DNA of 63,893 bases, the filler included, from Asterionella formosa (taxonomy: Eukaryota): the NCBI GenBank assembly GCA_002256025.1. It is 24 parts of 24 records of this genome, joined end to end, with 100 filler letters (N's around TTAATTAATTAA, not from the genome) between each part and the next. Parts side by side here need not be neighbours in the genome. Positions count along the whole stretch, not along the records: positions 8,325 to 33,969 come from NKIB01001912.1; 23 more parts are not named here. One strand, written 5' to 3'. The notes beneath the pieces are model-generated. The model was not told where the DNA came from. It was given only the letters and a program-made list of their open reading frames with translations, and did no database searches. The position numbers and the translations under genes are program-made. Shown here piece by piece: positions 10,264 to 22,150 of the stretch (the stretch's first letter is position 1; every line of letters begins with the position of its first letter).

Positions 10264-13200
10264 ATGAAACTCCTTTCGCCGTTCGCGTTTGTATTATTCC
10301 TGATATCTACAACTGCTAAAGAATGGTGTGGACCAACCGCTGCTACTCTTAATATTAGGGGGTCCTCCATTGCCTTTAACTTGGTCAAAGCCTGGTCTCT
10401 TGCCTATCAAGAATGTCCTGGAATCGGATTTTCTCTCGGAGCCGGCAAATCGGATTATGGAGCCGAGTATGTTTGTACTAACGATGATGCCGATATTGGC
10501 ACCATGTCACGAGATTGGACCGAACAAGAAGCCACCACCACCAATAATTGGAAATATGACTGCACTATAGGAGTCAGCGGCAACCATTCCGTCATTCAAA
10601 TTGATGTTGCGACCGTGGGAATTGTGGTCGTTGCCAAAAAGGGAGGCTCTGCGAATGATTGTATTGACGCCCTTGGCGGGCTCACTATCCACCAGCTACG
10701 TTGGATCTATTCAAGTTACACGGAAGCAGAGCTGACAAGTACTGGTTGGGACCCGAGCTCTGTTCCTAATAGTGATTATGACGACGGGACACATTTATGG
10801 AACGAGCTCCTTGCTGACGTGTCGTGCCCTGCTACTGAAATCAAAATATCTGGTGCGGATGGATCCTCGGATTCTCATGATTTCTTTCGAACGGTTGTTC
10901 TAACTGACAAGATGCATGGGGAGACGTTTGCTACCAGCCGCGCATACGCCTACAACACCAATACTACAGAGTATGATCTGGTCCGATTTCTTGTCGCCGA
11001 CGAGATAGACCTTTCCTTCCTAGGGTTCGACGTTTACCATGGAAATAGCAGCCAATACTTATACGCAGCTGCGATACAGAACAACCAAAGTCGTTTGGTT
11101 GCTCCTAGTCTCGATACTATTGCAGACGGTAGCTACAGTCCCCTTTCTCGTAGAATTTACATGAACTTGTATGATTCTGAGGCTTCGCTTCGTAATACTA
11201 TTCCGTTTATAAATTTCATTCTCTCAGACAAAGGGTCTCGCATTGCCTCCAGTAATGGATTTTTTCCAATACTTGATTACGAAAAGAAAATTATGCTCGC
11301 CAGGCTTGGTTTGGTGAACTTGACGGACATTCAATGCAATCAAGACGACAATGGTGGAGTCGTAACTATGGCTGGATCGGTGCAACCCGTGGCAAAATTT
11401 TGGGCTGGTATGTACAGTGCTGCTTGTGATGTGCGTATTACAATGGATGGAGGCGGGTCAAGTGTAGGTGCTGGACGGGTATGTGCCAACCCTACGTATG
11501 GAGATGCTGTCACGATTGGAGACATGTCGCGTCAATGGCAGGATGATGAAGCAGCTACACCATCGAATGGATACATCTTTCATTGTGTCTCACCTGGTGA
11601 CGTGAATCGTTCGGTCATTCAGATTGATATTGCGATCGATGTCCTTGCCATTGTTGTTAAGGCAGGAGGCGAAGCAGCGGCATGTATTCAGGCACTTGGC
11701 GGTCTAACGATTGACCAACTTCGCTGGATTTACAGCAATTACACACTGGCTGAGCTCGCCATGTCTGTTGGGTGGAATTCTTCAACTGTTCCCAACAGCG
11801 ACGGCAATGACACTACACATTTGTGGAGCGAGCTAAAGAACACTAGTGCTTGTCCACAGAGTGAAATCCAAATATCTGGCGCCGACAGCTCCTCTGGAGC
11901 TTACGAATTTTTTGTTCAGACCGTTCTCACTGATTTCAACGAGGGTGAAACAGTGCGTTTTGATGATTACCTAGGCAGTCCAAACAATATCGATCTTAAG
12001 GACTACGTCAATTCAACAACGGATGCCATTTCCTACATAGGGTATCCTACCTTCCTGAGAAACACCGGATCACTCACTGCCGCTGCCATCAAGAATACTG
12101 CTGGTGTGCATGTCAAGCCTACTCCTGTCACTGTTGAGGATGGAACATACAATCCCTTTTCAACTCGCATTTTCATGAATCTTCTAAATGATGAGATCGC
12201 CTTGAAACCAATTCGGCCTTTTCTAACGTTCGCCATGAGCGATACTGGTACTTCACTTGTCGAATCTATTGGTTATTCGGCAATACCATCATATGAACGG
12301 GCTGTGATGCTGTCCCGTGCTAAAGCCGTTGGTGGCATCGATATCGAAACTGTCATTTGTGGCCCTCCTGGTGAAAAAATCAAGATTGCAGGGTCCTCAG
12401 CTGTATTCCCTATAGCCCAAATCTGGGCTGGCATCTACGAGATCGCTTGTGATGTTAGCTTCGTGATCGAGGGTGGAGGCTCAAGTGTCGGAGCAGGTCG
12501 TGTCTGTAACAACTCCGCATTTCAGAGTTCTGTAGATATCGGAGATATGTCTCGTCAATGGTCGACTGAGGAAGGGTCAACTATAAATGGTCATGTGTTC
12601 AATTGTAAATCGCCGGGAGATACGTCAAGAGTCACAATTCAAATCGAGGTTGCCATAGACGGCCTATCCGTTGCGACACAAGCGGGTGGTAATGCATATA
12701 ACTGCATTACAGCTCTTGGCGGTCTAACGACTGACCAACTTCGATGGATGTACAGCAGCTACAATGAGACAATGCTTGCTACAACGGGCTGGAGCAGTGC
12801 TGCCGTCCCGAACAGTGATGGCAACCCTGATACGTACCTTTGGAGCGAACTGCTGGATTCGCCAAGTTGTTCTGAGACAGAGATCAAAATAGCAGGAGTC
12901 GACATTGCATCTGGAATGTACGACTATTTCCTTCGGACCATTCTCCTTGACTATGAGAACGGTGAGGTATTCGACACTAGTCGTCCCGGTGGCTATAAAC
13001 CCGGCGATGCAGCGGACGAAACTCTAGTGTATTACCTTCATCAGTACGAAGATGCCATAGCTTACTTTGGATATGCGTATTACTACTCCAATCAAGACAT
13101 GATTTCGGCTGTGGCTATAAGAAACGACCGGGGCCAGTTCATTTTTCCTTCTCAAGACACCGTAGAAAACGGATCGTACAACCCTCTTTCACGGCGGATC

Positions 13201-13647
13201 TATATGAACCTTGCGTCGTCATCTCTCAACAACACCCGTCCATTTATCGAGTTTGGTCTCAACAACGACGATCTGGTGTTCACCACTGGATATGTTCCGA
13301 TACCAATTGTTGACAAAAATGAAATGTTTTCTCGTTTGGCAGGCGCTGGTCCCGTCACCGCTTCTACCACTGGCAACGGGGTTGTCCTCGATGATGGAAG
13401 TGTCTCATTATCTCCCACGGAAGCACCAGTCGATGTCAGTGTCTCTTTATCTCCCACGGAAGCACCAATAGTAACATCATCACAAAAAGAACCAAAAAAA
13501 TCTGGTGCCATTGTTGGAGGATTCATCTGTGGCATTTTTGTTGCTGGTCTTTTGATAGTGTGGCGGAGGAGGGCAATATTCGATGAAACGTTTGAATCGT
13601 ATCACCGAGACAATGACTTATTACTAACAGAGGAAACTCTCGTTTAA
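10264..13647 (+). CDS. Type I membrane protein with three tandem PstS-like (phosphate-binding protein fold) domains
   Basis: 1127 aa, no intron evident. Signal peptide; three ~330-aa repeats with GSS, GGGSSVG, DIGDMSR, AIDGL and GSYNPLSRRIYM motifs; SPTEAP stalk; TM AIVGGFICGIFVAGLLIVW followed by RRR and a short tail. Confidence 0.88.
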   Translation: MKLLSPFAFVLFLISTTAKEWCGPTAATLNIRGSSIAFNLVKAWSLAYQECPGIGFSLGAGKSDYGAEYVCTNDDADIGTMSRDWTEQEATTTNNWKYDCTIGVSGNHSVIQIDVATVGIVVVAKKGGSANDCIDALGGLTIHQLRWIYSSYTEAELTSTGWDPSSVPNSDYDDGTHLWNELLADVSCPATEIKISGADGSSDSHDFFRTVVLTDKMHGETFATSRAYAYNTNTTEYDLVRFLVADEIDLSFLGFDVYHGNSSQYLYAAAIQNNQSRLVAPSLDTIADGSYSPLSRRIYMNLYDSEASLRNTIPFINFILSDKGSRIASSNGFFPILDYEKKIMLARLGLVNLTDIQCNQDDNGGVVTMAGSVQPVAKFWAGMYSAACDVRITMDGGGSSVGAGRVCANPTYGDAVTIGDMSRQWQDDEAATPSNGYIFHCVSPGDVNRSVIQIDIAIDVLAIVVKAGGEAAACIQALGGLTIDQLRWIYSNYTLAELAMSVGWNSSTVPNSDGNDTTHLWSELKNTSACPQSEIQISGADSSSGAYEFFVQTVLTDFNEGETVRFDDYLGSPNNIDLKDYVNSTTDAISYIGYPTFLRNTGSLTAAAIKNTAGVHVKPTPVTVEDGTYNPFSTRIFMNLLNDEIALKPIRPFLTFAMSDTGTSLVESIGYSAIPSYERAVMLSRAKAVGGIDIETVICGPPGEKIKIAGSSAVFPIAQIWAGIYEIACDVSFVIEGGGSSVGAGRVCNNSAFQSSVDIGDMSRQWSTEEGSTINGHVFNCKSPGDTSRVTIQIEVAIDGLSVATQAGGNAYNCITALGGLTTDQLRWMYSSYNETMLATTGWSSAAVPNSDGNPDTYLWSELLDSPSCSETEIKIAGVDIASGMYDYFLRTILLDYENGEVFDTSRPGGYKPGDAADETLVYYLHQYEDAIAYFGYAYYYSNQDMISAVAIRNDRGQFIFPSQDTVENGSYNPLSRRIYMNLASSSLNNTRPFIEFGLNNDDLVFTTGYVPIPIVDKNEMFSRLAGAGPVTASTTGNGVVLDDGSVSLSPTEAPVDVSVSLSPTEAPIVTSSQKEPKKSGAIVGGFICGIFVAGLLIVWRRRAIFDETFESYHRDNDLLLTEETLV

Positions 13648-14177
13648 GCCGTGGTTCTCCTAGTTTGCTTACTTTGCAAACATTATTCAACTTGATTGTT
13701 GCCTGCATCCTGCAGAGTTCGCCTTGAAGCATACCGTTTTATGGACCTCTCAAAGATCTATACCGGTATGTTAAAATAAATATATTGAAATATAAATGTA
13801 GTAAATTTAAAATTGCCAACTACTACCGTACCGGTACTGGTATAGGGATTGCACAACCACGAAAGTGGCGATGATGGGAAGGAAGAAAACGACACATACA
13901 ACCTATTGTGCTTCAAATGTTTGTTGATAAAATGGAGAATAGAAAGTCATGGTGAAAAGAATCCTAATCAGTCCTGTGTTTTCTTAGCTAAATTAATATT
14001 GTTACTTGATGCCGATTGGCTGAAGCGAAACAAAAAGGGGTCCATCGCAATCATTTCGATTTTCAACTCCTTCTTCATCGCTCAGAATATCATTCTTTTG
14101 TTTTGTCAATTTGAATAGAAAGTAAGCGCCTATACCATACTGCAGTGTACAACGGTCTACAAACGGAAAGAAAACTT

Positions 14178-16635
14178 TCACTTTACATTACTGTATCGTC
14201 GATCCTCGGTAACGGTAGAGTCATGGTTATTGGCGAAGGCCTTGTCAAAATTAGGTGGGGGTAATCCAAAGGCAGCTCGAAGACCTCGACTCAACATCCG
14301 TTCACCAATACGTGCTATTATCTCACTTGTCAGTCGTTGAACTCTTGGCTCTTGAGCCAGTTTGCGTACAATAGGAACAAATTTTGCTGGATCTGTTTGC
14401 CCATTTCCAAGAAGGGATGCAATTCTGTTGAATCGCCTCATAGTGGGTGTAGCTTCTGGTAATACCTCTTGCAACTCCTTCGTAACTTCTTGCGTAATAC
14501 CTTTGACCGCATCTTCGCCCTGGGCACGTCCCACTACTGCTTGAAATGCGCGGAGTGCCTTGACTGCAGCTACTTCGTCATTAATTGAAAGTGCCTTGGA
14601 CGCTTGTAACAAGTACAACATGGACTCTGTTCCAAATTTATCGGTTGCATCAACAATCTGACCTGACAAGTCTGATAAGAGCGTTTCTCCATCATCTGAA
14701 ATCAAATAATCGGTCAACAGGTCAAGCGCTGCCGTAACATCGTATCCACTGTTCTCCTTCGCTTCAGCCAAGAGCCCCTCCAAACGTTCCCATCGGACAC
14801 TCCCGTCATTGTTCAACGCCAAACGTCTCAATGCTTCTTGTAATTCTGGTTGCGAATCAGTCAACACCCGACTTGCCACATAGGGATAAGCTTCACTAAT
14901 GATTCGAGCCTGAGGATCGACTTGAATGGCCAAACCTTCCAATACTCCCAAACATCGAATAATGGCAATATAAAAAGGCGGCAAAGAGAATGGATATGTG
15001 TACATAATGTCTCCCAGTTTTCCAACGACGTTTTTGAAATTGAGTTCTGAAATATCCGCACTCAAGACATCTGGTAACGCTTTTTCCAAAGCCACTTCAA
15101 TAGGACGTAGATCGGTTCCTTCTGGAATAAAGCCTAACCGTTGGTACAATAGTACCAGTTCGCCCCAATCTCGATTGACAATATGTACCACCGCCAATAG
15201 AAATCCATTTCTTTGCGATGCTGCGGCGTACGACATCATACCAAAATCCAAATAACAAAGCCGACCATCAGGACAGGCAAGTAGGTTACCTTTGGAAAAA
15301 AGAACCAAAAGCGAAGAACGGAAAAGGGTGAATTGTGTTAGTTGTGTGATTGGTACCGAAGTAATGAATGAATAGGTAGTAGAGAACGGCTTCCTTACCT
15401 GCATGTGGATCAGCATGAAAGAATCCATTTTCCAATATTTGTTTCAAGGAACATTGAACCAACGTGTCGACTAATTTTTTTCGATTCAGTCCATTTAATG
15501 TCAAGGCAGCACTGTCCGTTAAACGGAATCCATCGACCCATTCCATGGTCAATACTTTGGATGTGGTTAACTCTGAATAAACCTTGGGAACAAAGACATC
15601 TTTAATATCCCGTGCATATAGTTCATTGAATCGTTGTGCATTGGCAGCTTCAGCAACATAATCAATTTCTCGATAAATCAATTCCCCAAAGTCATCAATA
15701 ATGGATTGTACATTAATATCTCTATTCAATACTTTGAATATTTGATTGTACACCCCCGACCACCATCGTAGGACATATAGGTCAAGGGCAATAATTTCTT
15801 CGCAATTGGGTCGTTGGATTTTCAAAGCCACGACATCTCCATTGGACAACAGCCTAGCCTTGTATACTTGTCCAATGGACGCTGCCGCTACGGGTTCATC
15901 TTGTAGCAGCTCAAAGACATTGGCAAAGTCAATGTCCAGTTCTTGTTCCACCGTCTTGAATGCCTTGTCATTGGAAAATCTTGGAACATCATCTTGTAAT
16001 TTTTGCAATTCTTCCAAGTATTCACTTGGCAACAAATCAGGCCGACTTGCCAATGCTTGTCCACCTTTAATGATAGCAGGCCCTAATCCCGAGATGGCCT
16101 GCAGCAATTGTTTGGCACGCACGGGTCTATTTTTCTGTGATGTTCCAGCAATCGTATCAATAACTACACATGCGGCCCACCATCCAATAGGGAGTGCAAT
16201 TTGTATATTCCGAATGACCCATTTGGTCGGTTGCCGAAACAGCAATCGCTCTGCAGCAATTGGATCATATTTGACTAATGGTTCTGCCACCTTGACACCA
16301 TGAGCCCATCGAGTGACAGTGGTGGCAGATGTTGTTGTTGTTGTTGTCGTCACTTGTTCCAAATTTCCGTTTGGTTGTTGTTCCTGTTGAAGCCATGGGA
16401 CCGGAAGGGCTTGACCATAATTGTCAGAAGCAACATCTTGTAGCAATTGTTTAGCCTTGATGAGACGAGGGGATTCTTGTTGTGCAGTAGTAGTTGTCGT
16501 CATGGAACGATGCGTGTGCGCTGTTCGCTGTGCCAGAGAACCATGGGACATGGAAGATTTCAGCAGTGTTGATGACAGTCGGAAAGTAGACACTACTGGA
16601 ACGACAACGAGTAATATCCAGAGCTTTGTCATCAT
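14178..16635 (-). CDS. Plastid-targeted ABC1/AarF/UbiB atypical kinase; 2 exons (16635-15399, 15289-14178)
   Basis: IKGGQALASRPDLL, PVAAASIGQVY, VALKIQRP, FFHADPHA|GNLL, YLDFGMM; GTAAGG...AAG intron 15398-15290 restores HADPHAGN; signal peptide ending VST-F. Confidence 0.93.
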
Positions 16636-17509
16636 GATGGCCCCTCTTTTTGGTATTGTGTGCGTTTGTTGATCAGATATGTGTATTATTGATATTTAGT
16701 AAGGGCTTTGCAGTCGCGAATGTATGATGTAGACTGAATAACTACCGGTAGAGGAGGGAGGAGGGAGAGAGGTTGTGAACACGAATGGATGCCTAAATGT
16801 GTACCGGTATGTCATACACATTATTTTGCTTAATGGATGTTATGAGATCTTGCAGGGAGCAAGAATGTAAATAAATTAGCCAGCAGAGAAAAGGGACCAA
16901 GCGTCAAGCAAAAAAGGGCAAAACAAGATATGATCAAGATGATAGAACGAATTTGAGAGACAAGCAGGCGGCACGAAGAAATAACCAGCTGGTGCATGAC
17001 ATTCGCGCGATGTGCACACTCAATATCGTCACTACTACCTACCAGGGTACCAGGTACCAGGTACTGGTGCTGGTACCTGGTCTACCGGCATCATGAGAAG
17101 ATGGGCTGTCCATCATCCATGATGTCGTTGTCTGGCTCCGCGCAATACATAATACTACTTAGACTGACTACCGGTATCATGCCAGTACCGTAATACCTGG
17201 TGCCGGTAATTAATAGAGTACGATATTCTTCCCATGCGCAGGCATTTGGTTCCATCTAAACAAGTACCTCGCACATTCCTTGGAACCGTGTTCAAACCGT
17301 TTGTCCGTCCACCACGCTGAGTAAAAATCAATGTTGATCTACAGTGCCGTATATTTACATGCAATGATCATTGGAACGAGCCGGCGATTTGTTGTCGTTG
17401 GCGAAAGCCATTTTCCCGTCATTGTTTGTTTTTCAATTGAATTGCAGTTAGCGACCACTCGCCTGAATTCGCTCCGGCTATATACAACGTTCTGTGCTAG
17501 AAGTTGACC

Positions 17510-18260
17510 ATGGTAGACGCCGCATATTACGAGCCCGGAAATGTATCAAGTCCTTGCCCCTCATGGGCCCCTATTCTAGGCTTTCTGGGATGCGCCTTTG
17601 CCGTCGTTTTTGCCAGTAAGTAGAAGCGAAGAGTGTCAAGCCGAAACTGATATTTGCCTTGTCAGATTTAATGTCAGACCGGCCGCTAGCTAGCAGCTCC
17701 CAGTAGCCAGGATTCTCAGCAACAACTCACCTCCATCCCTTGTTTCCTTGATAACAGATATGGGCGGTGCATACGGAACAGCCAAGGCTGGTCAGGGTCT
17801 CATGGCCATGGGCGTGCGATCTCCGGAATTGCTGATGCAAAATATCATTCCTATTGTCATGGCAGGAGTTTTAGGAATTTACGGCCTTATTGTGTCTGTA
17901 ATTCTCAATGGAAAATTCACAACACCCCTTGCTGGAACTGGAGTTAGTACGTATTCTCAATATTCGGCATTTGCGCATTTGGCCGCTGGACTATGCTGCG
18001 GGCTATGCTCTTTGGCAAGTGGCCTTGCCATTGGTATTGCAGCTGATGCCGGAACCAGAGCTGTCGGTGCTCAATCAGCCATGGCAGCCTCGTGGAAAAA
18101 GATGGGATTCACAGGAGATGCTGGTGGACAAGCTACTAGTGCTGGTGATGCCTTGTTCGTTGGAACTGTCTTGATTCAAGTCTTTGCTGGAAACTTGGGC
18201 CTGTATGGATTGATTGCTGCCTTGATTTTGAGTCAGATGAACTATTCTTGTGGTGTGTAG
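17510..18260 (+). CDS. V-ATPase proteolipid subunit c-like protein; 2 exons (17510-17615, 17758-18260)
   Basis: MVDAAYY...[71 protein letters not shown]...CTCAC...CAG intron. Confidence 0.92.
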
Positions 18261-18512
18261 TAAATGCGTAAAATCTCGTGTAGAATCTACATTTCTACTT
18301 TCAAGCCGACAATTGGTTCTGAACATTATGAAATTAAACTTAGACCTGCTGGAACAGCATGTTGAATGTTGAATACGGTAGTCTACTAGTATGTTATGTG
18401 TACTCGGTGTTTGAATATTAACAGGTCTTCTGTTGATGCTTTCATAAAGTATGCATAGAATACCTTCAGTTTTATTTCTATGCATCCCAATATATATATA
18501 AAATCATGATCT

Positions 18513-19652
18513 TTACAACATCCCTCCAGGCATGGTTCCATCATTCAATAACATACCCATCATTGTCATGGCCATTGTCAAAATGGCTCGCCCACCTTGG
18601 TCCATACTGGTACCAGTAGTCCCAAAGATTCCACTCAAAATAATTTCATCCAATTCATCTGTCACTTGTGCTCCACGTTCCTTGATGCCACCAAAGGCAT
18701 AGGATACATAAAATGTCCCCCCCACAATGACAAAGGCAATAGGGAATGTAATGGAAGGTCGTAGGAACCATGGAGCTTGTTCTCCAGTTTCTCCTTCAAA
18801 GAATCCAAAGAAATAATAATTTCTCACCTTGTCCAACCATCCATCCAATCCTTCACGTTCAGGGACCATTTGTTGACGACGAATGTCATAGGCATTGGCA
18901 ATGGCAGATGCTGTTCTCTACAGGAATATAAAATACATTATTTTTGTCATGGGGGGCAATGTGTATGCATGTGTGTATGTGAGAGAGAGTGTGTGTGTGT
19001 GAGAGAGAGAGTATCGATCATTCGTACATTGACAAAATACAAATACAAAAAAACGTACTGGTGTATTGGGTTCAGCATATCCCAAGGCATCAAAGTCTAA
19101 TTGGACAGGAGGATTTGAGTCTAAAATTTCCAAATCCAAAAGTATTGTTGCATGAGGAGAAATAAATGGGGCTACTCCCATTTCACCATAGGCCAATGTA
19201 GATGGGATAGTAATCAGAGCACGTTCACCAACTTTCATGGTACAAATCGCCATTTCCCATCCATCAATCATGTTGGAATCTGCCACAATGACTTTTTGAA
19301 AGGTTGATTTTGCGAATGGAGGAGAAGTACTAGTAGTGTTGTTGTTTGTGTCAAGCACCGAACAAGTGTACTTGACAGAAGCAACATCTCCACGACGTAC
19401 CAATGGACCTGTTCCTGGAGTAGATATTGTCTTGACAAGACCATCGGGGAGTGTAGTAGCAGTAGTAGTTGCAGTAGTTGCAACTTGGAGGGGTTGATGA
19501 CGATACTGATGTCGACCCTTTGTCATCAAGTGTGGTGGATGTTGTTTTTGGTGGTGGTGGTGGTGTTGCACAAAAGATGGCGCAACAATAAAGGCATTAA
19601 CGACTATTAATGGAGACAAGAGGCTGGAAAATAACAACACTAACTGCATCAT
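18513..19652 (-). CDS. Plastid-targeted FKBP-type peptidyl-prolyl isomerase with C-terminal TM extension; 2 exons (19652-19059, 18917-18513)
   Basis: Signal peptide VNA-FIVAP; MIDGWEMAICTMKVGERALITIPSTLAYGEMG...ISPHATILLDLEIL; GTACGT...TAG intron 19058-18918 (contains a dinucleotide microsatellite) joins in frame to the 118-aa ORF. Confidence 0.88.
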
Positions 19653-20309
19653 TATAAAGTTTCACAAGCCGTTGAGAGGTAGATGTGTCGGATGGAGGAG
19701 TTAGCAATAGCAGCAGTGACAGCAGTGGCAGCAGGAGGAGGACGGAACAACCACAAGGACAGAGATGTTGTCCAGGTACCGCAATTGCTTTATTAGATCT
19801 CTCCTTCTCCCGTGTCGGGAGGGAATCAGACTGTGGTTGTAAGATAGATACATTTTTATTTATATATGTATCTATACATATATTTATACATAGATCCTGA
19901 GATGCAGTCTACCGGTATATCACAGGTATTTATTAGGCTACTGCAATCAAGCAGTATATACCGGTATTGTACACAGGTACTCTGCATGGTGAATGCTGAC
20001 GTCGAATTTTAAGCCTCCAAGTGGATGCCTTGTAGCCTTGATCTGTCGGTTTGACACACTATAATACATATAAAAGTATGTATCGCCATACTACCCGGTA
20101 TAGTGGCAGGTACCGGTACATACCGGTAACAAACACGCTCGTTTGGCTTGCTTCGACATGACGTTTGTTCTCCGCTCCTTGTTGCTTCGCTCAATTTAAT
20201 GAAAATATATAATTCTCATGTAAAGAATATAAGTAGACTAGTGCAATCATCACAGCGACAGCATCGTTGTCATTGACTACTTTTGCTATAAATTGCATAC
20301 CCTGGTGCC

Positions 20310-21212
20310 ATGCTACAACAGCAACAACCAGTTTGTTGTAGTAGTCAACACATTATGAAGTCTTCGTTCGCACAACTACGACAACAATCATTCCTAGTTC
20401 TTTACTTTCTTCTTGTCCTTTATGCTGAAATCATCATCCACCCGTGCACTGCCTTTGTATTGTTTCCACCACCACCACCAACAACAACAACCAATCATCT
20501 TCATCCGTACAATAACAAACACTCTATCATCACTTCATTATATGCAGTTGGTCCACTCCAACCTGCTGCTATACTATTAATGGATTCTGGAAAAGCATTG
20601 GCACGGAGTGGTGAAGTATTGATTGACCTTACCTCGGATCTTGACATGTATGGGAGTGCTCTATCATCCTCTGGTGCATTTATACGAAATGCTGGGGATT
20701 GTATTGCACAAGCAGCAGCATCGTGTAGATTCAAAACTGCACTAGAATTAATATGTGATGAATTACGTGAAGCTGCGACATGTCTTTTGGAGGGATCTAT
20801 ACAAATGAATCAACAAGTTACGAGTAGTGCAAGTAGTAGTAGTAGTACTACTACTACTAGTGCAAGTACTACTACTACTTCTACTCTTGACACTTCAGCA
20901 CTTGCCAATTGTGTGATTCCACTTTCAAAAGCAAGTGTAGCACTTGAAGGGGCAGGACGAAGTATTATGCAAGGAGCAACAGTGAAAATCATTGGAGAAT
21001 ACTTTGTAGAAGCAGCAAATGAATTGAAGGATTTAAGTTGTCAAGTAACGGCATTGGTTCCAACATCACAAACGTGTGCTTTGGCAGGGCAGCGCATGGC
21101 ATTTGGTGCAGACCGAATGAAAGAAGCAGGATATGCATTGATTGGAAAAAATGATGTGGATGATACAACTACAAAAGGAAAACAGTGGATCAAGCAACAA
21201 GGTTTGAAATGA
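20310..21212 (+). CDS. Uncharacterised Ala-rich helical protein, probably plastid-targeted (copy 1)
   Basis: 300-aa ORF; hydrophobic signal ending CTA-FVL followed by a P/T-rich transit-like segment; conserved in the duplicate. Confidence 0.75.
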   Translation: MLQQQQPVCCSSQHIMKSSFAQLRQQSFLVLYFLLVLYAEIIIHPCTAFVLFPPPPPTTTTNHLHPYNNKHSIITSLYAVGPLQPAAILLMDSGKALARSGEVLIDLTSDLDMYGSALSSSGAFIRNAGDCIAQAAASCRFKTALELICDELREAATCLLEGSIQMNQQVTSSASSSSSTTTTSASTTTTSTLDTSALANCVIPLSKASVALEGAGRSIMQGATVKIIGEYFVEAANELKDLSCQVTALVPTSQTCALAGQRMAFGADRMKEAGYALIGKNDVDDTTTKGKQWIKQQGLK

Positions 21213-22112
21213 TGTACTTATATATTTATAGACATTTATATCTTATACATATAATACTGAGAGTAGCACTTTTCTCATGTACATTTTATTCTACATAACA
21301 TCTGAAGGTTTTGTTGTTTGTTATTGCCGGTCCTGACATGGAGGAGCTAGGCCTGATTCCATATAGCCAATACAGCTATAATAGGTATGCAAGCAAGATT
21401 TCGCGAAATTCCTTCCTTTGCTGTGCCAGAAAATGCTGTTGAATGCATACTGCATTTTTTCTGGGTTCTCATTTAGCATATTTAGTGCATATTGGTTGCT
21501 GTTGGGTAGAGCATTGTGGTGGATTTAAAGGCAAAACCACGAAGAAATGTCAAAATTGTGTTTGTTGATGCAAGGACTTCTTGTCAAATACCGGTAACTG
21601 GTTCAGCATGATGATTTCTAGGAATTTTTTTCAAAATGTCTTTGGAGGGGGGGAGGGGGGGCTTGAGGTATGGTATTCATATTTAATTCATTAAACATTT
21701 GTCAAAAACATTCTGGTAGTTGAAGAAAAGGTGACAAAGTCAATGACTTCCCAATCGTCTTTGCTATGCATCAGAGAAACTGATGTGATAATGCTTGGGT
21801 GGTCGACTTGTATCATGCGAGGAAGAAATGCACGATTCCTGCAGTACAAACATGGGCATTAGACGACTTCATCATAGCCTAGTACATAGTAAGTTGAAGT
21901 GCTTACCGGACTTGAAAGAGAAGTCATAGATTAACCTGAAAGGAGTTTGATTTATTGAAGAATAGTATATATATATCGTGATAGATATACTCAGCAACGT
22001 AGGTGCTAGGCAGTGGATCGAAGGATCACGGTGAATTTATGAGAATGTTGTAGGATAGATCTGACTCTATTGGTATTTCCAAATAAAGCGATCTTCTAGA
22101 ATTAACTTTTAG

Positions 22113-22150
22113 CAAAACAAAACAAAACAAAACAAAACAAAACAAAAAAC
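22113..22150 (+). repeat. (AAAAC)n microsatellite inside a ~400-bp segment present only in duplication unit 1
   Basis: About 21910-22315 is absent from unit 2, which reads CTTACCGGTAGTCTTCCGATGG straight through. Confidence 0.8.

Noticed and set aside
10264..13647. Bacterial contamination as the source of the PstS-like gene
   Set aside because: It sits on a contig with intron-containing eukaryotic genes, has host-type GGTACC flanks, and no pstCAB neighbours.
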